The notes below the pieces were generated by a model. It had not been told where the DNA came from, made no database searches, and was given only the letters and a program-made list of their open reading frames with translations. Position numbers and translations under genes: made by a program. Source: Paraphysomonas bandaiensis (lineage: Eukaryota; Protista; Chrysophyceae). From it: a stretch of DNA of 64,000 nucleotides. The DNA is taken from positions 496,001 to 560,000 of the forward strand of contig CBFFRP010000363.1 of assembly GCA_965644295.1 (NCBI GenBank). Direction: 5' to 3'. Below, piece after piece: positions 24,045 through 38,226 of the stretch (the stretch's first letter is position 1; each line of letters starts with the position of its first letter).

Positions 24045-25160
24045 ATATTTATATTTTGTGCAGTCGTATTTCAGCTTTGTTTCGAAAATAACTTGTAATA
24101 GCCTTTTTCATATGTTCATCAGTATATATATACAAAGAAAATAAAACAATAATGTTATCGCATTAACGAAAAGTGACCCTTACAATTTGTAGGCGGCTAC
24201 AATGGTATTGTTCATTCGAAATAACTGTGCTCTTATGTTACATCTTTGGTATATAGTCCCTGTATGCTTCTATTCAATCTACGTATTATGGAGAGTAATT
24301 TCATTTATTTTGGTTGAGTTTGGAAGTATTCCGGAATCGTAATAGTAGTACATATCCGCAATGCTATTATAATTGACTAAAACCTGCGCCAACTAATTGA
24401 CAATTAATTGTTTCGCATCCCTGGACACACTTACATGTATAGTATCCATTAATGGTAATGCCGTTATAACATCTTTAGTATATTTGGGTATACATTTATA
24501 GAGTATAGATCTATATTGGGACTTCTGGTGTGACTCATCGTTCACATAAAGACACGACCCATTCTATATGCCGAATATCTGTCGAAAAGTGCTCCTCATG
24601 AAGCTGTTTCTATCTATCTATCTATCTATCTATCTATGCGTTTGTATATATCTCTGAGGAGCTATCTATCGTATAGGGCATAGACAAATGGTAATGCGTA
24701 TTCGGGCCACAGTCGCTCCGGCTCAGGAAGAATGCCTAAGCGGCTAAACGGCATGAGCACCCGGTTTCCCTTTCCGCCTTCCTGCGTGTGACATGTATGC
24801 CCGATCATGTGTTTGCATATTCTTGTCGTCGTCTGATTCGAGGGTCGTATTGTCGTCCCTTTTACTTTATAGCTTAAAATGTCCCAATGTCCTGCATGAA
24901 AATGTACACTGCTGTACCTGCGTATATGTACTTATGGACCTGCATGACATTTAGGATAAATATATGTACTGCTGTACCTGCATAATGTACTTATGGACCT
25001 GCATGCATGAGTAGATGTACCTTCGTTGGTATGCGTCATATACTGCCTGTATATATATGCATGTACTGGTGCTGCACACTCTCGTAAGATTCGATTGAGA
25101 CGAGCGATCAGTTAATTGGGTCCCCCGCCAGCAGCATACCTGCAATCACAGTGGAGATAG

Positions 25161-27192
25161 ATGATTGGGGCGTGTTTCACTGTCCTCACATGTCTGGCAG
25201 TGTCTCTGTGTCTCTCTGTGTCTCCTGTAGCAGCTCTCGACATGGCTTATGGTATTATGGTATATCAGAAGTCCGGAAAATCAGTGAATGACGTGCTTCA
25301 TGCCTTCGATCGCACGCTACAGTCCGTTTATGTCCGTGACAGACACGTGTATACGGTGCACGCAGACATCAAGAGCGACCCAGCGCTGCTGCAGGGAGTG
25401 TCCATGAGATGCGCCTCACTCTCTAATTGTGTTGAGATCCCTCACAGGAATGTGGCATGGGCTGGACTCAGCACAGGAGAAATGATGCTGGCGTTAATGC
25501 AGGCGGCGTTTGAGTCCAATATTTACTGGGAGTATTTTGTGCTATTGGGACACGAATCTGTGTCGCTTCTTTCGCCGGCTAATATCGAGCGCGTGTTGCA
25601 GTCTTATCCAAGTGGAACCAACTTTGTGAATTGCTGGAAGGTTGATGGATACAACTTTTTCGGTCAGAACGAGAACAATACCAACAGACTTGAAGGCATT
25701 GTGGTGGACGACTTCGCAGGTGGTCTGATTGAAGGCATTTCCACTAAGAGGCGGGTACCTGAAGACATGGTGTTCTACAAATCCTTGCAGCAGATGGTAT
25801 TGAGCCACCAGTTCACGAGATACGTTTTATACAGCCCTCAAACAAGGAGGGTGATGCTTTATTTGGCTAATGTGAAAACCGCGGATGAGATGCTAATTCC
25901 AACTCTGCTTCATAATCATCCCAACTTCTCAAAGACAGCGAAGTGTGACACCACATTGCAGTTCTCACACTGGATCAGGTAATCACTATCATGTAGCAGA
26001 TTCTTCTCCCTTGTGTATGTATTTCTCCTCCTGCTCTTACCTGTAGCTTCAAGTTTAATTTGCCGTACGATTTATAAGCAGTGCAAGATATGTGTATATA
26101 TTGTACATGTCTGTATGTAGTGTACACACATTATACTTACCATAGATTTCTGTGCAGACCGGGTGGAAGCTGGCATCCCGAGTACCTATCGTTGGAGCAC
26201 CTTCCGCTGCTCATTAATTCGCGCAGTTCTTGGGTGACAGCACGAAAGATTGACTCGATATATTCGAAATCTCTACTACCCGCGCTTGATACCATCCGGT
26301 ATGGAACTGTATATCATTTCGTTGAGTTTTGGTCTCATTAAGTACTTAAAGGAGTATCTATACCTTCACACCACCTCATCTTTCTTGGGACGAAAATATT
26401 ACATTGCCGCGAGATATATCTCCGATTGGGGTGTTTAGGTAAACGATAGATTACTTGCGTTGCTTGGATGAAATGACGGGGGGTATACAGTACGGACGCA
26501 GTCAATGAGTGGGGGTGGCTGTTGCCGATGGCCGTTGATCACATAGAGGAAGTCCTGCTGTCAGAGCTTTCCCGTATCCAACCATCTGGTAGAAATTCTG
26601 TAGAATATAGGGAGTCCGACATGTGCTGCGAACCGCAACCACCAAATGAAGATCGCTTTTGTACTGAAGACGATATTGGAACCGGTTACTGTGCTTCCCA
26701 AAGTGGTATTAGAACCAACAGTGAAGCTGATATGAAGAGTCTATGTATCAGGTGTGACGAAGCAAGCATCAAATTGTCTTCGGACAAACCACTTTTAAGT
26801 GGCTTGTCGTCCTGGAATTTAGAGACATCATTGTGCGTTGGTTCTCGTTGTGGAAAGCTATCAACTGTAGGGAAGGCAGCAGCGAACGCACTGTTGATAG
26901 GTCTAAGTACAGTATATGATGACTCTTCTTCGAATTCTACTATTGCTCTGCAAATGTTGGACTCCATCAGGAGGTGTGTTGCTATTAATTTTATATGCCT
27001 GTTCTTATTTCTCTTGCCTTGTGAATAGGACGAAAGATCAGAATGAAATAGAAAAATTTCAGGAACACATGAGACGTCGACGTGAAGCTTTCGAGAAAGA
27101 ACGGGTACGTATAGGGTTGACTTTATTAAATTGTAGTTGAATAATATATATTTTGATAGGAGAGAGTACGGAGACAAGAAAACAGGAGCTAG
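25161..27192 (+). CDS. GT14 family glycosyltransferase (Core-2/I-branching / xylosyltransferase-like), multi-exon, with signal peptide
   Basis: Motifs AYGIMVY, YTVHADIKS, VAWAGLS, WEYFVLLGHES, QMVLSHQF, ADEMLIPT, WIR|PGGSWHP and TARKID. Further GT-AG exons traced to a TAG at 27190-27192; the 3' exon boundaries are less certain. Confidence 0.8.
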
Positions 27193-28226
27193 CGGTGGAT
27201 TGGTAGAGACATGTACTGTATATATTAGTGTGTTTCAAAGACGATATTTTATTAAATATAATATTAGTATTATTGAGCCGAGATGTAGATACAACACATA
27301 AAAGATAGTGTGGTGCTTCCTTAAATAGAAGTTTAGTTAAATAACAGTCTACTAATCGTAACTACAAATCATCATTCCTTTTTCTCTCCACTATGTGCCA
27401 TCTTGCAGGGCTTCATGAAGCATGAAGGGTGTTAGCATCCCACAACATGAAATAAGAATTAGAACTAGTCTTCGTGACCTCGGCGCTTTCCAGAACACGC
27501 AGTGCGAAATCGACTCTTTAACTTCTGTCATCGTTCCTTTGCAATCAGGACTGACAATAACTTCTGTGTACTGCATTGATATATAGTAAATGATAAACGT
27601 ATATGTGTGCTACATATCCACCCTAAACAAAGTCGGACTCCCACCTTTTCGTGGTGTTCTGGGGGATAAGTACCGGAGGTATTTCTCCAGGAAACTATAT
27701 ATATAGACAGCCGCAAACATATAGACAGCAGATATTGTTCTGCCCACTCATAGCCGAATGCTTGTGTGGTACAAGGGGCACCAATAAGTGTCACTTGTGT
27801 AGACGTCTTTGGGCCTTGACGTATAAACAGGCATCCGGAAATGGGCCCACACCTCAAGCGCATCCGGGACAGGGTCCACCTGAAGGGTAACCGGGGTGTT
27901 GGGCTGCCTGCTGAAGTCAAGCATCCGGGATGATATAGTCACCTTAAGGACTCAAAAAACTGAAGTCAGCAGATGTCAGGTATATCAGCATTCTGCTTAC
28001 TCACGGATTTTGCTTAGAGCGATAATGCAGGGGTGTTGCATCTTGGTGCTTGCGGCGACGCACAAGCAGCCTCTGTAGCGTTAAATAGTAGGATAATAGA
28101 GTTTGTACTTTTAGTTAGTTACAGGTAGACGTCTATCTAGCTTGACTAGTTTTATTCTAGCTACTAAACTGGTGCTGGTTCTTAACGCCTATATGTTGCT
28201 AATATAATAAGACTTTCAACATCTAT

Positions 28227-29397
28227 CAGGCTTGCGTAACAACTAATTGGCGATTAACTGGTGACAGATGCCCAACAAATATAATTGCAATTATTAATCA
28301 AGCATCCAATTAATTGATTCAATTGCTAAATTTTAGATTAACCTTAAGTCGAGGTAATACCAAAACCTGGTAAAGCAATTTCACCAGGTTTCATATATAA
28401 GTATTGAGTTATTATTTTACTGTAATTTGTATCTGAGAGGTTAAAGATAAAGAAAAAGTCGCAAGTATAGTTGTTATTAGCAGTATTTATTGCGTTAAAA
28501 GTTGTAGTGTAATATATATATGTGTAGTCGGTGACTTTTATTGCTGTAAAACTGAAGTAATATGGAAGAAATTAGTAAAAAATATTATAAATAATACTTT
28601 TCATACTGTTATTATCTTCATAGTTACTTATTGTGCATAGTTATACCCTTTTCCGACCATCACCAAAAATTTCACCAGGTTTTACATCAAAACCCAGGTT
28701 TTGGTATTACCTCGACTTCTTCTGAACTATAATCTCATCCTAAAGACGTCAATTTTCACGCAGAAATATCAACTTTTCAAGGTGTCTAGGTGTCATTGGC
28801 TTGCGAAAATCAGTCATAAAAATCTTAGCTTTGCTAAACAACCTCTCAAAACATTGGTAGTGCTTACACACATGCTTCGTGTTGGTTGTTGCGCTTTCGG
28901 TTGTCTTTATATGTAAACGACTGGCCTCGTCCTCCTCCTCCTTATCTTTCTCTTCATCGAGTTCACCTTCGTGTGTAGGTACATCATCGCACCTGTGCTT
29001 TTTCAGCGCGGTTCAGTTCTTCTTCCCTACCACGCTGAAATTTGACTACTGCTCTCTCGAAATTTGTATTTTGAACAATGTCCGCGTCTGCATCTCAGAT
29101 GGAATTTCATCCCAGGATACTGACGAATTAAATCATCATATTGTACTCTCTTGCGTGCCGAGGTTAAACTGTATACTAACCCTTATACTGACTTTATGAT
29201 TAATAAAATGATAACATGACTGTGCACATACATCCAAACTTCTGATAATGGGTTTGTGCCTATGATCAGTAGCTATACGTCTTAAGATGCTATACATAAT
29301 TTAGCCAGCCAATTAATTGCAATTAATTGGCAACAATTACCAATAATAACAATTGAAATTATCACTATTAAAACCAAATAGTTGTTACGCAAGCCTG
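28227..29397. mobile_element. Non-autonomous hAT-family element (same TIR core as the hAT at 47170)
   Basis: 19-bp TIR CAGGCTTGCGTAACAACTA / TAGTTGTTACGCAAGCCTG with subterminal CAATTAATTG palindromes. The 8-bp flanks ACATCTAT / ATATCCAG match 5/8, consistent with a decayed TSD. Confidence 0.85.
28346..28718. mobile_element. 373-bp MITE nested in the hAT derivative
   Basis: Perfect 25-bp TIR AAGTCGAGGTAATACCAAAACCTGG / CCAGGTTTTGGTATTACCTCGACTT, AT-rich interior, flanked by CTT on both sides (possible 3-bp TSD). Confidence 0.85.
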
Positions 29398-29973
29398 ATA
29401 TCCAGCATCCAGCAGTAAGCCTTGATGTTTTGTATCATATATGGCAATAAAAGACGTTGCATGAACAGCCGTGCTTGATATTGTTATAGAGTGTGACCGA
29501 AATATGAGGTTCTCAACTAAGTACTATGTGAGTTGTAACGATTTGCTGCGTATGTTTATTGTACGTTGTACATGCTTCGATGCGGTTATGGTACTAAGTT
29601 AAGTATGTTGACTTTACTACGAACTTAGAAAGCGGTGGGTTTTGAACAGTATATGGGCAATAATATTGCGGATCTGCAGAAATTACCAGCGGCAACTGAT
29701 TTCTGCCCAATTCGTAACACCTTCTAAAGCAGCAAAGTCAACTGTAGCACATGCTTCACAAGCACTTCGTTCTCTAAACCTTTTTAGTACAATTCGGGGT
29801 GCCATGCTCCATTTATGCTATATTATTATTCCATTGCTTGAACATAATTCTAAGCTACTGTCAGTGGTAATGATAAAACGAAAATACATTGTCAGGGGCT
29901 GTATTTTACAGCAATGGGTATACAGTAGTCCCAAAAATATAAGTGTTCCTAGAAGCATTTATATTCTAAATGC

Positions 29974-31016
29974 CTACCGTGCAACGTAGACTTTGTCCTT
30001 ACTGAACACCTCGATAGCTTTGTCGATCTCCCGTAATTTCCCCTCGAGTTCATCCTGTCGTCTCTTCATTGAGGGTGTCTCAACCACAAACGGCATTCGC
30101 TCAAGCTGACGTAAGCACTCTTGCTTGCTTTGTTGCAATGTATCCAGTGTCTAATACATTACATTACTATCACATTCATATTTTTTTTCACGGGAATATT
30201 GGCACCTGTACTCTTTCGCTCTCTGGCATCACACACATTCCGGGGGGACAAGAGGGATCGGGTGCATTCCTGCGCCTTTCCTCTTCCGCACTTGCCCATT
30301 GTGCCTTCCTACTCTCCAGGTATTCTGGCACCCGACCATACGCCTCGTGTTTTGTAGGTTCTTCTTTCTGCTGGACCGGCTGACGAACTTTAACTGCCTC
30401 CTTCCGATTTCTGTATTATTACGGAGTTAGGACGCTGAATATGAAGTACGCAGGAATGCTAATAACATAACGCACCTGCTCACGAAATCCGCGTTGGTTC
30501 GAGGTGCCAGGCGAGCAACTTCTTCAGCCCTGGGCACCGACCCCTTGCGAGGAGATGCGGGCTGTTCATTGCTATACAACCTCGCTTCTTTGATGTCGTT
30601 TTCTATCTCCAAACGCCTCTGGCGCCCCTCTTCAGCGAGTTCCTCACGGCGCTTCTCTGACGCCCCGCGAACCAAAAATACCCCTTCGTGACGCCCGCTT
30701 AATGAACTTTTTTTCTGCTGCGGCTCAAAAACACGAGCACCAACATCGCGGAACTGAGATAGCTTATATAACTCTTTTCCACCGCGATTGGCCTCTTCCC
30801 TCTCCTCTCTGTGCTTGGACTGAACTGCCCTCATCTGCTGCAAGTTATCTTTCATATGGTTCTTGGGCTGCATGCCCTGTCGCTCCATCTTCCCTCTGCC
30901 CTCACATCAGACACAGATCAAGCAGCGCAAGTCACTCACCTGAGACCATTGTCAGGGGCTATGTAGTTGGCTATGCTGGACCGCTTATAGTGGTCCCCTC
31001 TTCTCTGAACAGGCAT
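29974..31016 (-). CDS. ENKD1: Enkurin domain-containing protein (ENKD1-like), 4 exons
   Basis: N-terminal PKNHMKDNLQQMR...LYKLSQFRDV. C-terminal enkurin domain HEAYGRVPEYL...PDPSCPPGMCVMPESERVQ|TLDTL...LEGKLREIDKAIEVFSKDKVYVAR*. Spliced from an ATG at 31016. Confidence 0.88.
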
Positions 31017-31880
31017 GATACGGATATACAGACACCCTCTCACTTGTTCATGCGACAGTGAGGTACATATATGTGGTTGATTAAGAAGGTAGTGGCGTGT
31101 ATGTGTATGTTAATGTGACGGAAATTCAAAAATATCACTGCTGCGTATACATACTACACCATACCATACCATACCATACCACACTAGACTGAACAGATAG
31201 ACTACAGCTGTATAACCAAAACGGCATTGGATTCGTATGGAAATAACTGTGAAGAAGAACAGAATACAGGATCCGGTCTGTCCGTGTAGGGGCCGTTACT
31301 TGAAATACAGTATAAATACATAAATACAGCATATAGAGAAGGTATAAAGTAACGTCCAATCCATCATCACTTGGCTGTAAGACGACGCTGAGAGGGCAAA
31401 TAGGTCGATATTTGGTTGATAGCAACTATTCTGCTCCAGTCCTGTAACAACAGGTTACAGATCAAGTCTGAATGCTCGCCCAGCCAGCCTTTACTAAACT
31501 CCACTGAAGAAGACGGCACTCCTGTTCGTACACAGTGGCCAAACAAAAAAAAGGGGGTTTTATATTTTAGTTTCCAAAAAATAGGTTTTTTCATGTATAA
31601 AAGTATCCTACAAAAAACGAGTAGGAGTGTTCGTTATACGTGTCGCTACTGTACATACATACATATATATATATAGCACAGAGCGGCGTATCGCATACAC
31701 GGTTCTCACCCCTGTCATCTACTTGTCATTCTTATACTTCTCTCTCGTCGTATTCATCATATCATATGGAGAGGAGGGACTGATTTATTTGTTCGTGTGG
31801 ATGATATGAATCTCTGTGTCTGTTAAGTCTCATTATCGTCATTGTTTTTAATGTCTCTTCACTCTTAGATAGACATCGAC

Positions 31881-34800
31881 ATGATATCTACTACTGGTCC
31901 TGGTCTGCACAGTCGAACACTCGCGAGTGTGGACCTGCGATTGACTCGTCCCCCTGATAATCTACGTCGACCAGATAACATTGATCGGCCGAGGAGTCAA
32001 GATGGTCGAGGCCCTGAGGTTGACGAGAGACCTGTCCGCAAGAAGAAAGGGAAAGTGCAGGCATCTAAGAAAGACAATGAGGCTCTGTTCGAGGATATGA
32101 GTCCTGAGGCTCAGCGGAGACTGAATGCTATGCTTAGAAACTTTTGCCAGGAAGATAATGGGTCTATGCGCACTGACATCGACCTTGAGCAGTATGCATT
32201 AGATGCGGGGGAGGTTATCACCAACGCCACTATTCAAGAATTGTGTGTTGTGCAACCGAATATGTTGAAGCTGAATTTGAAGTCATGTGCACTTATTACT
32301 GATGTTGCTCTATGGACTATTGCGCGACACTGCCCTGGGATAAAGCATCTTATACTGTCAGGTTGCGACAAGATTACTAACATCGGGCTGCGATCTTTGT
32401 CCATGCGATGTGCTGACCTAGTCACTTTAGATTTCACAAACTGTCATCTGCTGGATGACTTAGGACTTTCAACTATCGCATGTGGATGTTGGAAATTGGA
32501 GACATTGCTGTTGGTGAATTGTACGGGTGTGACAGATACTGGTGTGGGAAAAGTAGTGAAGGCATGTCCTCGTCTGCGTAAGCTGGACTTGCACGGGTGT
32601 TGCCGGGTCGGGGAATTCGGTGACCATGCTCTGAAGGAGATCGGCGCTTTCTGCCCTGCTCTGCAGTACTTGGATCTCATTGGATGTAGACATGTGCATA
32701 ATGCAGGTCTTACTGCCCTTGCTCAGGGTTGCCAAGAGCTTGAGATTCTCAGGCTTTCGGGCTGTGATGGAGTGACGGGACAAGGTATACTGGCGCTGTG
32801 TAAACATTCCAAGCACCTTCGAATTCTTCAGCTCAGTGGATGTGAAACCCTTAAAGATTCTGATGTCAATGTCCTTCGACACGCGGCGTTTGGATCGTCT
32901 ATTACTTCCATTGACTTGTCCGATTGTGTAGGTATCTCCAATACAGGGGTGGCAGCCATATGTGCTTCACTTGGAGAATCACTTAGAGAACTCAACATTG
33001 CCGGCTGTCATGTGACTGACGCCGTCTGTGGAGCAATATGCAGTAAATGTACGAAATTAAATTCTCTGGACATGTCACGCTGCAGAGCTCTCACGGACAA
33101 TACTGTCCATGCAGTTGCCAGGGGGGTCACAGGTCTCACCTCCTTAAAACTAGATGGTAACCAAAAGATTACCTCTCGAGCAGTGGTATCTTACGGATCT
33201 GGAGAACAAAAATTAGAGTTTGCGAATGTATCTAGGAAATGGTTTGGATTCGAGCCCAAACAAGGAGCCAGCAATCTTATTGTCGAAAGTGAGGAGCGAA
33301 GGTTTCACAGTGCAATGGCGATCAAAATCCAATGTATGGTTCGTTCCCGTATTGCATGGAATGTGTACAAGGAGAAACGACGCATGTGGATAGTGGACAA
33401 GGCGATACCTAAGTACCAGGCCCTCTATAGGGGCTACAAAGTCAAGATGAGGTATGCTGCCCATAAACAGCATATGCTCAAAATAGCTATGGCCATTCGC
33501 ATTCAGAAGTGCTTCAGACGATACCAAGACGTTATGGCGCGCTACCTAGTGCAGCGCACCATTCGAATAAACAAGATGAAGCTGGCCAGTGCCATTAACA
33601 TCCAGCGGGTGTACTGGGGAATGAAGGGTAGGCAAAGAAGTATGGCAAGGAGGAACGAAGTTGCGAATGAAAGGCTAGAGGCGGCGCGCATTCAGGCTCT
33701 TAAGGAGAGAATGGCAATAGTCATCCAGTGTGCGTGGCTAATTCATAGGGCACGAGTGCGTATGATGGACCTGAAGGAAGCACGTCGATTAAAGAGAATT
33801 AGAGACGCACTAGAGGATAGAATGGCGCGTGTGATGCAGCGGGTAGTGCGCGGACACTTTGGTAGGCGCCATGCGGAACGAGTGCGGTGGTATCTGGAGC
33901 GCCAAGCTCTCGTGTGGCGCATGGCCAAGGAGATACAGCGCGTGTATAGAGGTCATGTGGGTAGGCTTATTGCTGCTGAGGAGCGCCGATTACGAGATAT
34001 TCGAATTCGCAATGAGAAAGCTGTCATATTACAGTGTTTTTGGCGTATTCTGCGGGCCAACATGCTGGTATCTATATTGCGGGCACTGCGTATTTTGCGA
34101 CAAAAGCAATTTCATAACGCCAGAGAGATACAGCGCGTCTTCCGTGGTATGGTTGCACGGGTTCGATTAGAGAAGTTTCGGTCAGATATGGAGCAGAGAC
34201 TGAAGTTAGTATTGTCGAGTATAAAGATTCAAAAGCTTTTCAGAGGCCACAAGGCACGGGAAATCGCGGAGGTGGAGCGAGCCCTGAAGGCCAGTGAGGG
34301 TAAGGCCAAACCACTTTATGCTCTACTTAGAGAGCTTGAAGAAGAGGGAATCAAAGAGACGAAGAATTATTCCCGAATTGAGGGATGGATGCAACACACA
34401 GAGCACGAGGTTAAAGAGATTGTCAGAGAACTTGATCATGCTACGCGGACAACTGCGAAATTTACGGACTCGACAAGAATAAATGGGATCCCACAGAGAT
34501 TCCTCACGAAATACCTTATTGTGCGGCTTAACGATCATCTTGAGAACGAGAAGGTAAACTTATTGCACTGAAATTTCAATTGTGTTGAAAGCTATTATAC
34601 AGGAGGTGCTTAAGAAATATCACAGTCAGTTGGTTGAGTCAAAGGCGAACCTCAGAGTAGTTGACAGGAAGATACGTGCTGTTAAGAGAGAGCTTGTTCC
34701 GCTGACCACTGGCCTTATTGTGAAGACTAAGAAGGACAGATTCAACAGACTTAGATCCCACGTTAGAAAACTTCGTGCCGCCGCCACTAAAATTCAGGCG

Positions 34801-35079
34801 CTGTGGAGGCGAGCGATTGTACGCACGGTTTATACTGACCCTAATAGAGACTACTGGGTAGAGTGTTATGACGAGGAGCAAGGTCCAGACCCGTACTACT
34901 ACAATACATGGACTCTGGAGACTGTGTGGAAGCCCCCGGCGGCATATGTACTATTTGTTAGTCGGTATAAGCAGAATGCAGCTACCAATCCAACGGGAGA
35001 CGACTGGATTGAAATTGAGGAAAATGGAATTATGTATCATTATAATCTAGTTACCAAAGAATATGTCCAAAAAGCTTAG
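31881..35079 (+). CDS. Cys-containing LRR (FBXL/AMN1-type) + multiple IQ motifs + coiled coil + WW domains
   Basis: About 12 LxxLxLxxCxxITDxGL repeats, about 10 IQxxxRGxxxR motifs, and WW-like WVECYD...YYYNTWTLETVWKPP and WIEIEENGIMYHYN. Intron ~34553-34602. Confidence 0.9.
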
Positions 35080-37338
35080 GTGCAATATATATGTGTGTTG
35101 TCGTAATTTCGATTTGTGTGTATTGTTTAAACTATAACTATTGTTTATATGATATAGTTATTTTCTTCGTTGAGCACATTAGGACAACGGAGATTCAAGT
35201 GTGCTCAATATGACAAGTGATGTATGATATAGGACAATAATGCGATTCCTTTGTTGAATATTGCATATACTAGCGTGATGCGAATAATGTTAGTGGTTAG
35301 TGACCATATAAGATGGTGGCTATCTAAGAATGACAATGAGTGATAAGAGAGGTTGATCACTATTTAATTATTTGAGTGTGTCGTTATGAATTTAGAGCTC
35401 AGTTACTTACTTCGGTTATCCTTGTCGTTTTACTAACGATTGAAAGTACTTGAGGTACTGATATCAATCTGATAGAGATCGTTAAGTTAAAACCATACAC
35501 AAAGAACACGATCTAACATTACAAGACACTGCGCAAAACCCAATCAAATACAAGCACGATACAACTCACGCGAATATGATTTTCAGGACCTGGACACCCT
35601 TCATACTCTTCATGTACATGAAGTTACAGTGTAGTAGTGCCCAATGCCTCTGGTGTAGTGGAGGTGCTGATTAAACTAAGCAGTCATCCGGTATACTTCT
35701 TCCTTGTGTGCGACCACTCAGAGAATATCACTCCAGCGTATCGGCACTCAGCCCCTCCCTCTGCGCAACACAATTGAGCCAAAAATACTCGACATTACTG
35801 AAAATTTTTATTTTGACTGTTCAAGATAGGCCATAAAATACATAAACTACAGCCTGAACAGACAGGTACAAAAAAAGAACTGACGAGAAGGCGCTGTTCA
35901 AGGTGCGAACTCGCGACGGGAAGCTCGTGATGTGGCTGGTTGACCAGCACACCACAACCAGCACACCGCACGATCGCTGATGGTTAGACACACACATTAT
36001 TGAATATATATAATAATGAAAGAATAACCAGAGAGAAGAGATCCGTTGCTGTTTTCTCTCCTCGGCTATTTAACCACATCATGGTAATGTAAGTGATGGA
36101 CATCAACCGTTCCATCTTCTTTTTCAATGATTGTGGTGGAGTTAGCGCCGGGCAGATATGCCTGAGACGTGAAGATTCTGTCATAGTGAAGGTGCTGGAG
36201 CATATAAGAAAATCTGATTCTTACGCACTTGAGTACGGTTGTAACTAGAATCTGTGTAGGTGCTGGAGCATGTCCCTAACAGGCATGGGAGAACCAGTTT
36301 AGCAGTGGTCCCTATGCTCAGAGTCCTGGAAGAACAAGTTGAAGTCCCCCTACAGCGTATCAAGCAGGAGATATGTGTACTGCATGGCAATCTGTTTCTT
36401 GCTAATGTGGTGCTGTATCACGAGGGGATGCATCATGTGTTCGCAATTAAGGAGAGATGCTTTACAGATGGTCGGACTCAGCCTATTCCCATCATATCCC
36501 GAGCAACTTGGTCTTCAGGTGAATCCTCTTCTCCTTGAAGTAGATATAGCTTCTGTTGCAAGATGTCAACGCGAGCTTGCAAATACTTGCAATCGTTCTG
36601 TGCCTTCTCCAATTTCTTGCTCTCTCTTGCAAACTTCTGCTTGTAACGCTTTAACTCTTTATATAAAAAAGCTCTATCAAGCTTCTTTCTTCCAGGGCCT
36701 TGATGAGGCTCACTACCTGAACAAAATTCGCAAGTCATCCTATTTTGGTGCAATGGCAATGAGATATTTGAAGTTGTGAATGCCTTTCAAATTGACAAGA
36801 CTTTTTCAAACTTTGAAATTTCAAAAAAAGCCGCATCTTGAACAGGCATGCACAAATTCAAATTCCAAGTCTACTGGTTCCCACCGATAGCCTAATCATG
36901 AATATTATGTAATGGAATAATATCAAGTTGATATTATATGATATTGCTTGTTATGGTTGCACTGAGAGCTGGAGCTGACTCACACTTGAACTGCTGCTGA
37001 TGCATGAGAAATGGGTCCGTACTTTATATAGAATACTACAACTACGGCTGGAATACAGATAATAGTTGACTCAATATTGGAAGTCACCCATTCGTGAACA
37101 AAAAAATGCATAGAATGCCGATACGAGAGATACATACATACCTATCGAAGACACTCCACAGCAGTGTATAGTGTATAGGTACACTTGTATAGACACTGAC
37201 ATGTACGTATGTACAGGTATGTAGGTACGTAGGTGGGTAGGTACGTAGGTATGTACGGCTGGCCTCCTCTCGCTGCTCTCGGTGCATAGTGTCTCACATC
37301 TCACAACTATTCATCAGCTATAATCTTAGAAGCTGATC

Positions 37339-38226
37339 ATGATGACCTCTGAAGTGATATTGCAGCGCTTGAAAGAATGCAACGTGAAGGCAGCTGTGTA
37401 TCAGGGAAGCTCATGCAGAGAAGACGTTAACTCGACACTCTCTGCAGTGGAGTCAACTGTCATGAGCGCAGCCTCCAGCAGCGTTGATGTTGTTTTATTC
37501 CCTGAGCTCTTTTATTCGGGGTATGATGTCGGTGTTGAAAACCTCAAAGCAAGGGCGATAAGTGTACAAAGCGATGAAATGAAACGTTTGCAAAGCATCG
37601 CTTCAAATCATAGAGTTGCATTTGCAATCGGATATCCTGAAAGAGCTGATAGCATCGTATATAATTCATGCTGTTTGATAAGTGACACTGGGGAAATTAT
37701 TTTAAACTATAGAAAGACTCATTTGTGGAATCCATTCGGTCAAGTGAGTTATGAATGTGCTGCTTTTACTGAAGGTTCGTCCCTCCCTGTTGCAGAGTTG
37801 CACATATCTCGTATTGGACAATCAGTTAGGGTAGGGGTGCTTATATGCTTCGATATAGAGTTTCCTGAACCTGCCCGTGTGCTAGCTTTGCAAGGTGCGA
37901 GTGTAGTATTCGTATGCACTGCCAATGTCGGCGCTTGGTCGCAGCAGGTTGCCATCCATTCTAGAGCAGCCGAAAATCACGTTTTCGTGCTATACTCGAA
38001 CATGTCTGGCCACTGTTTAACTTCAGAGAACCCCAATGTGTATTGTGGTCAGAGTGCTATTTTAGACCCGAACGGGCGACCTCTTGTACAGGCCTCAGAG
38101 GATGCCTCAGGCCTATTCTCTGCCACCTTGGAGGGCAGCAAGTATCTAGACTCTGTCCATCGTAACGACTACCTTCGACAGAGGAGGCCAGAATTGTACA
38201 GTTCACTAGTGCTTACTGACAAATGA
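37339..38226 (+). CDS. Carbon-nitrogen hydrolase (nitrilase superfamily amidase), intronless
   Basis: Catalytic triad motifs LFPELF (E), YRKTHLW (K) and ICFDIEFPE (C), plus SRAAEN and GQSAILDPNG. Confidence 0.95.
   Translation: MMTSEVILQRLKECNVKAAVYQGSSCREDVNSTLSAVESTVMSAASSSVDVVLFPELFYSGYDVGVENLKARAISVQSDEMKRLQSIASNHRVAFAIGYPERADSIVYNSCCLISDTGEIILNYRKTHLWNPFGQVSYECAAFTEGSSLPVAELHISRIGQSVRVGVLICFDIEFPEPARVLALQGASVVFVCTANVGAWSQQVAIHSRAAENHVFVLYSNMSGHCLTSENPNVYCGQSAILDPNGRPLVQASEDASGLFSATLEGSKYLDSVHRNDYLRQRRPELYSSLVLTDK

Noticed and set aside
24890-25030. Short imperfect duplication upstream of the GT14 gene
   Set aside because: Only about two degenerate copies, with no evidence of function.
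27391-28080. Cluster of short ORFs with moderate GC
   Set aside because: No consistent frame, splice model or recognisable motif.
35980-36780. Minus-strand coiled-coil-like fragments
   Set aside because: Probably a decayed gene or TE, but multiple stops and no identifiable family, so it is not annotated.
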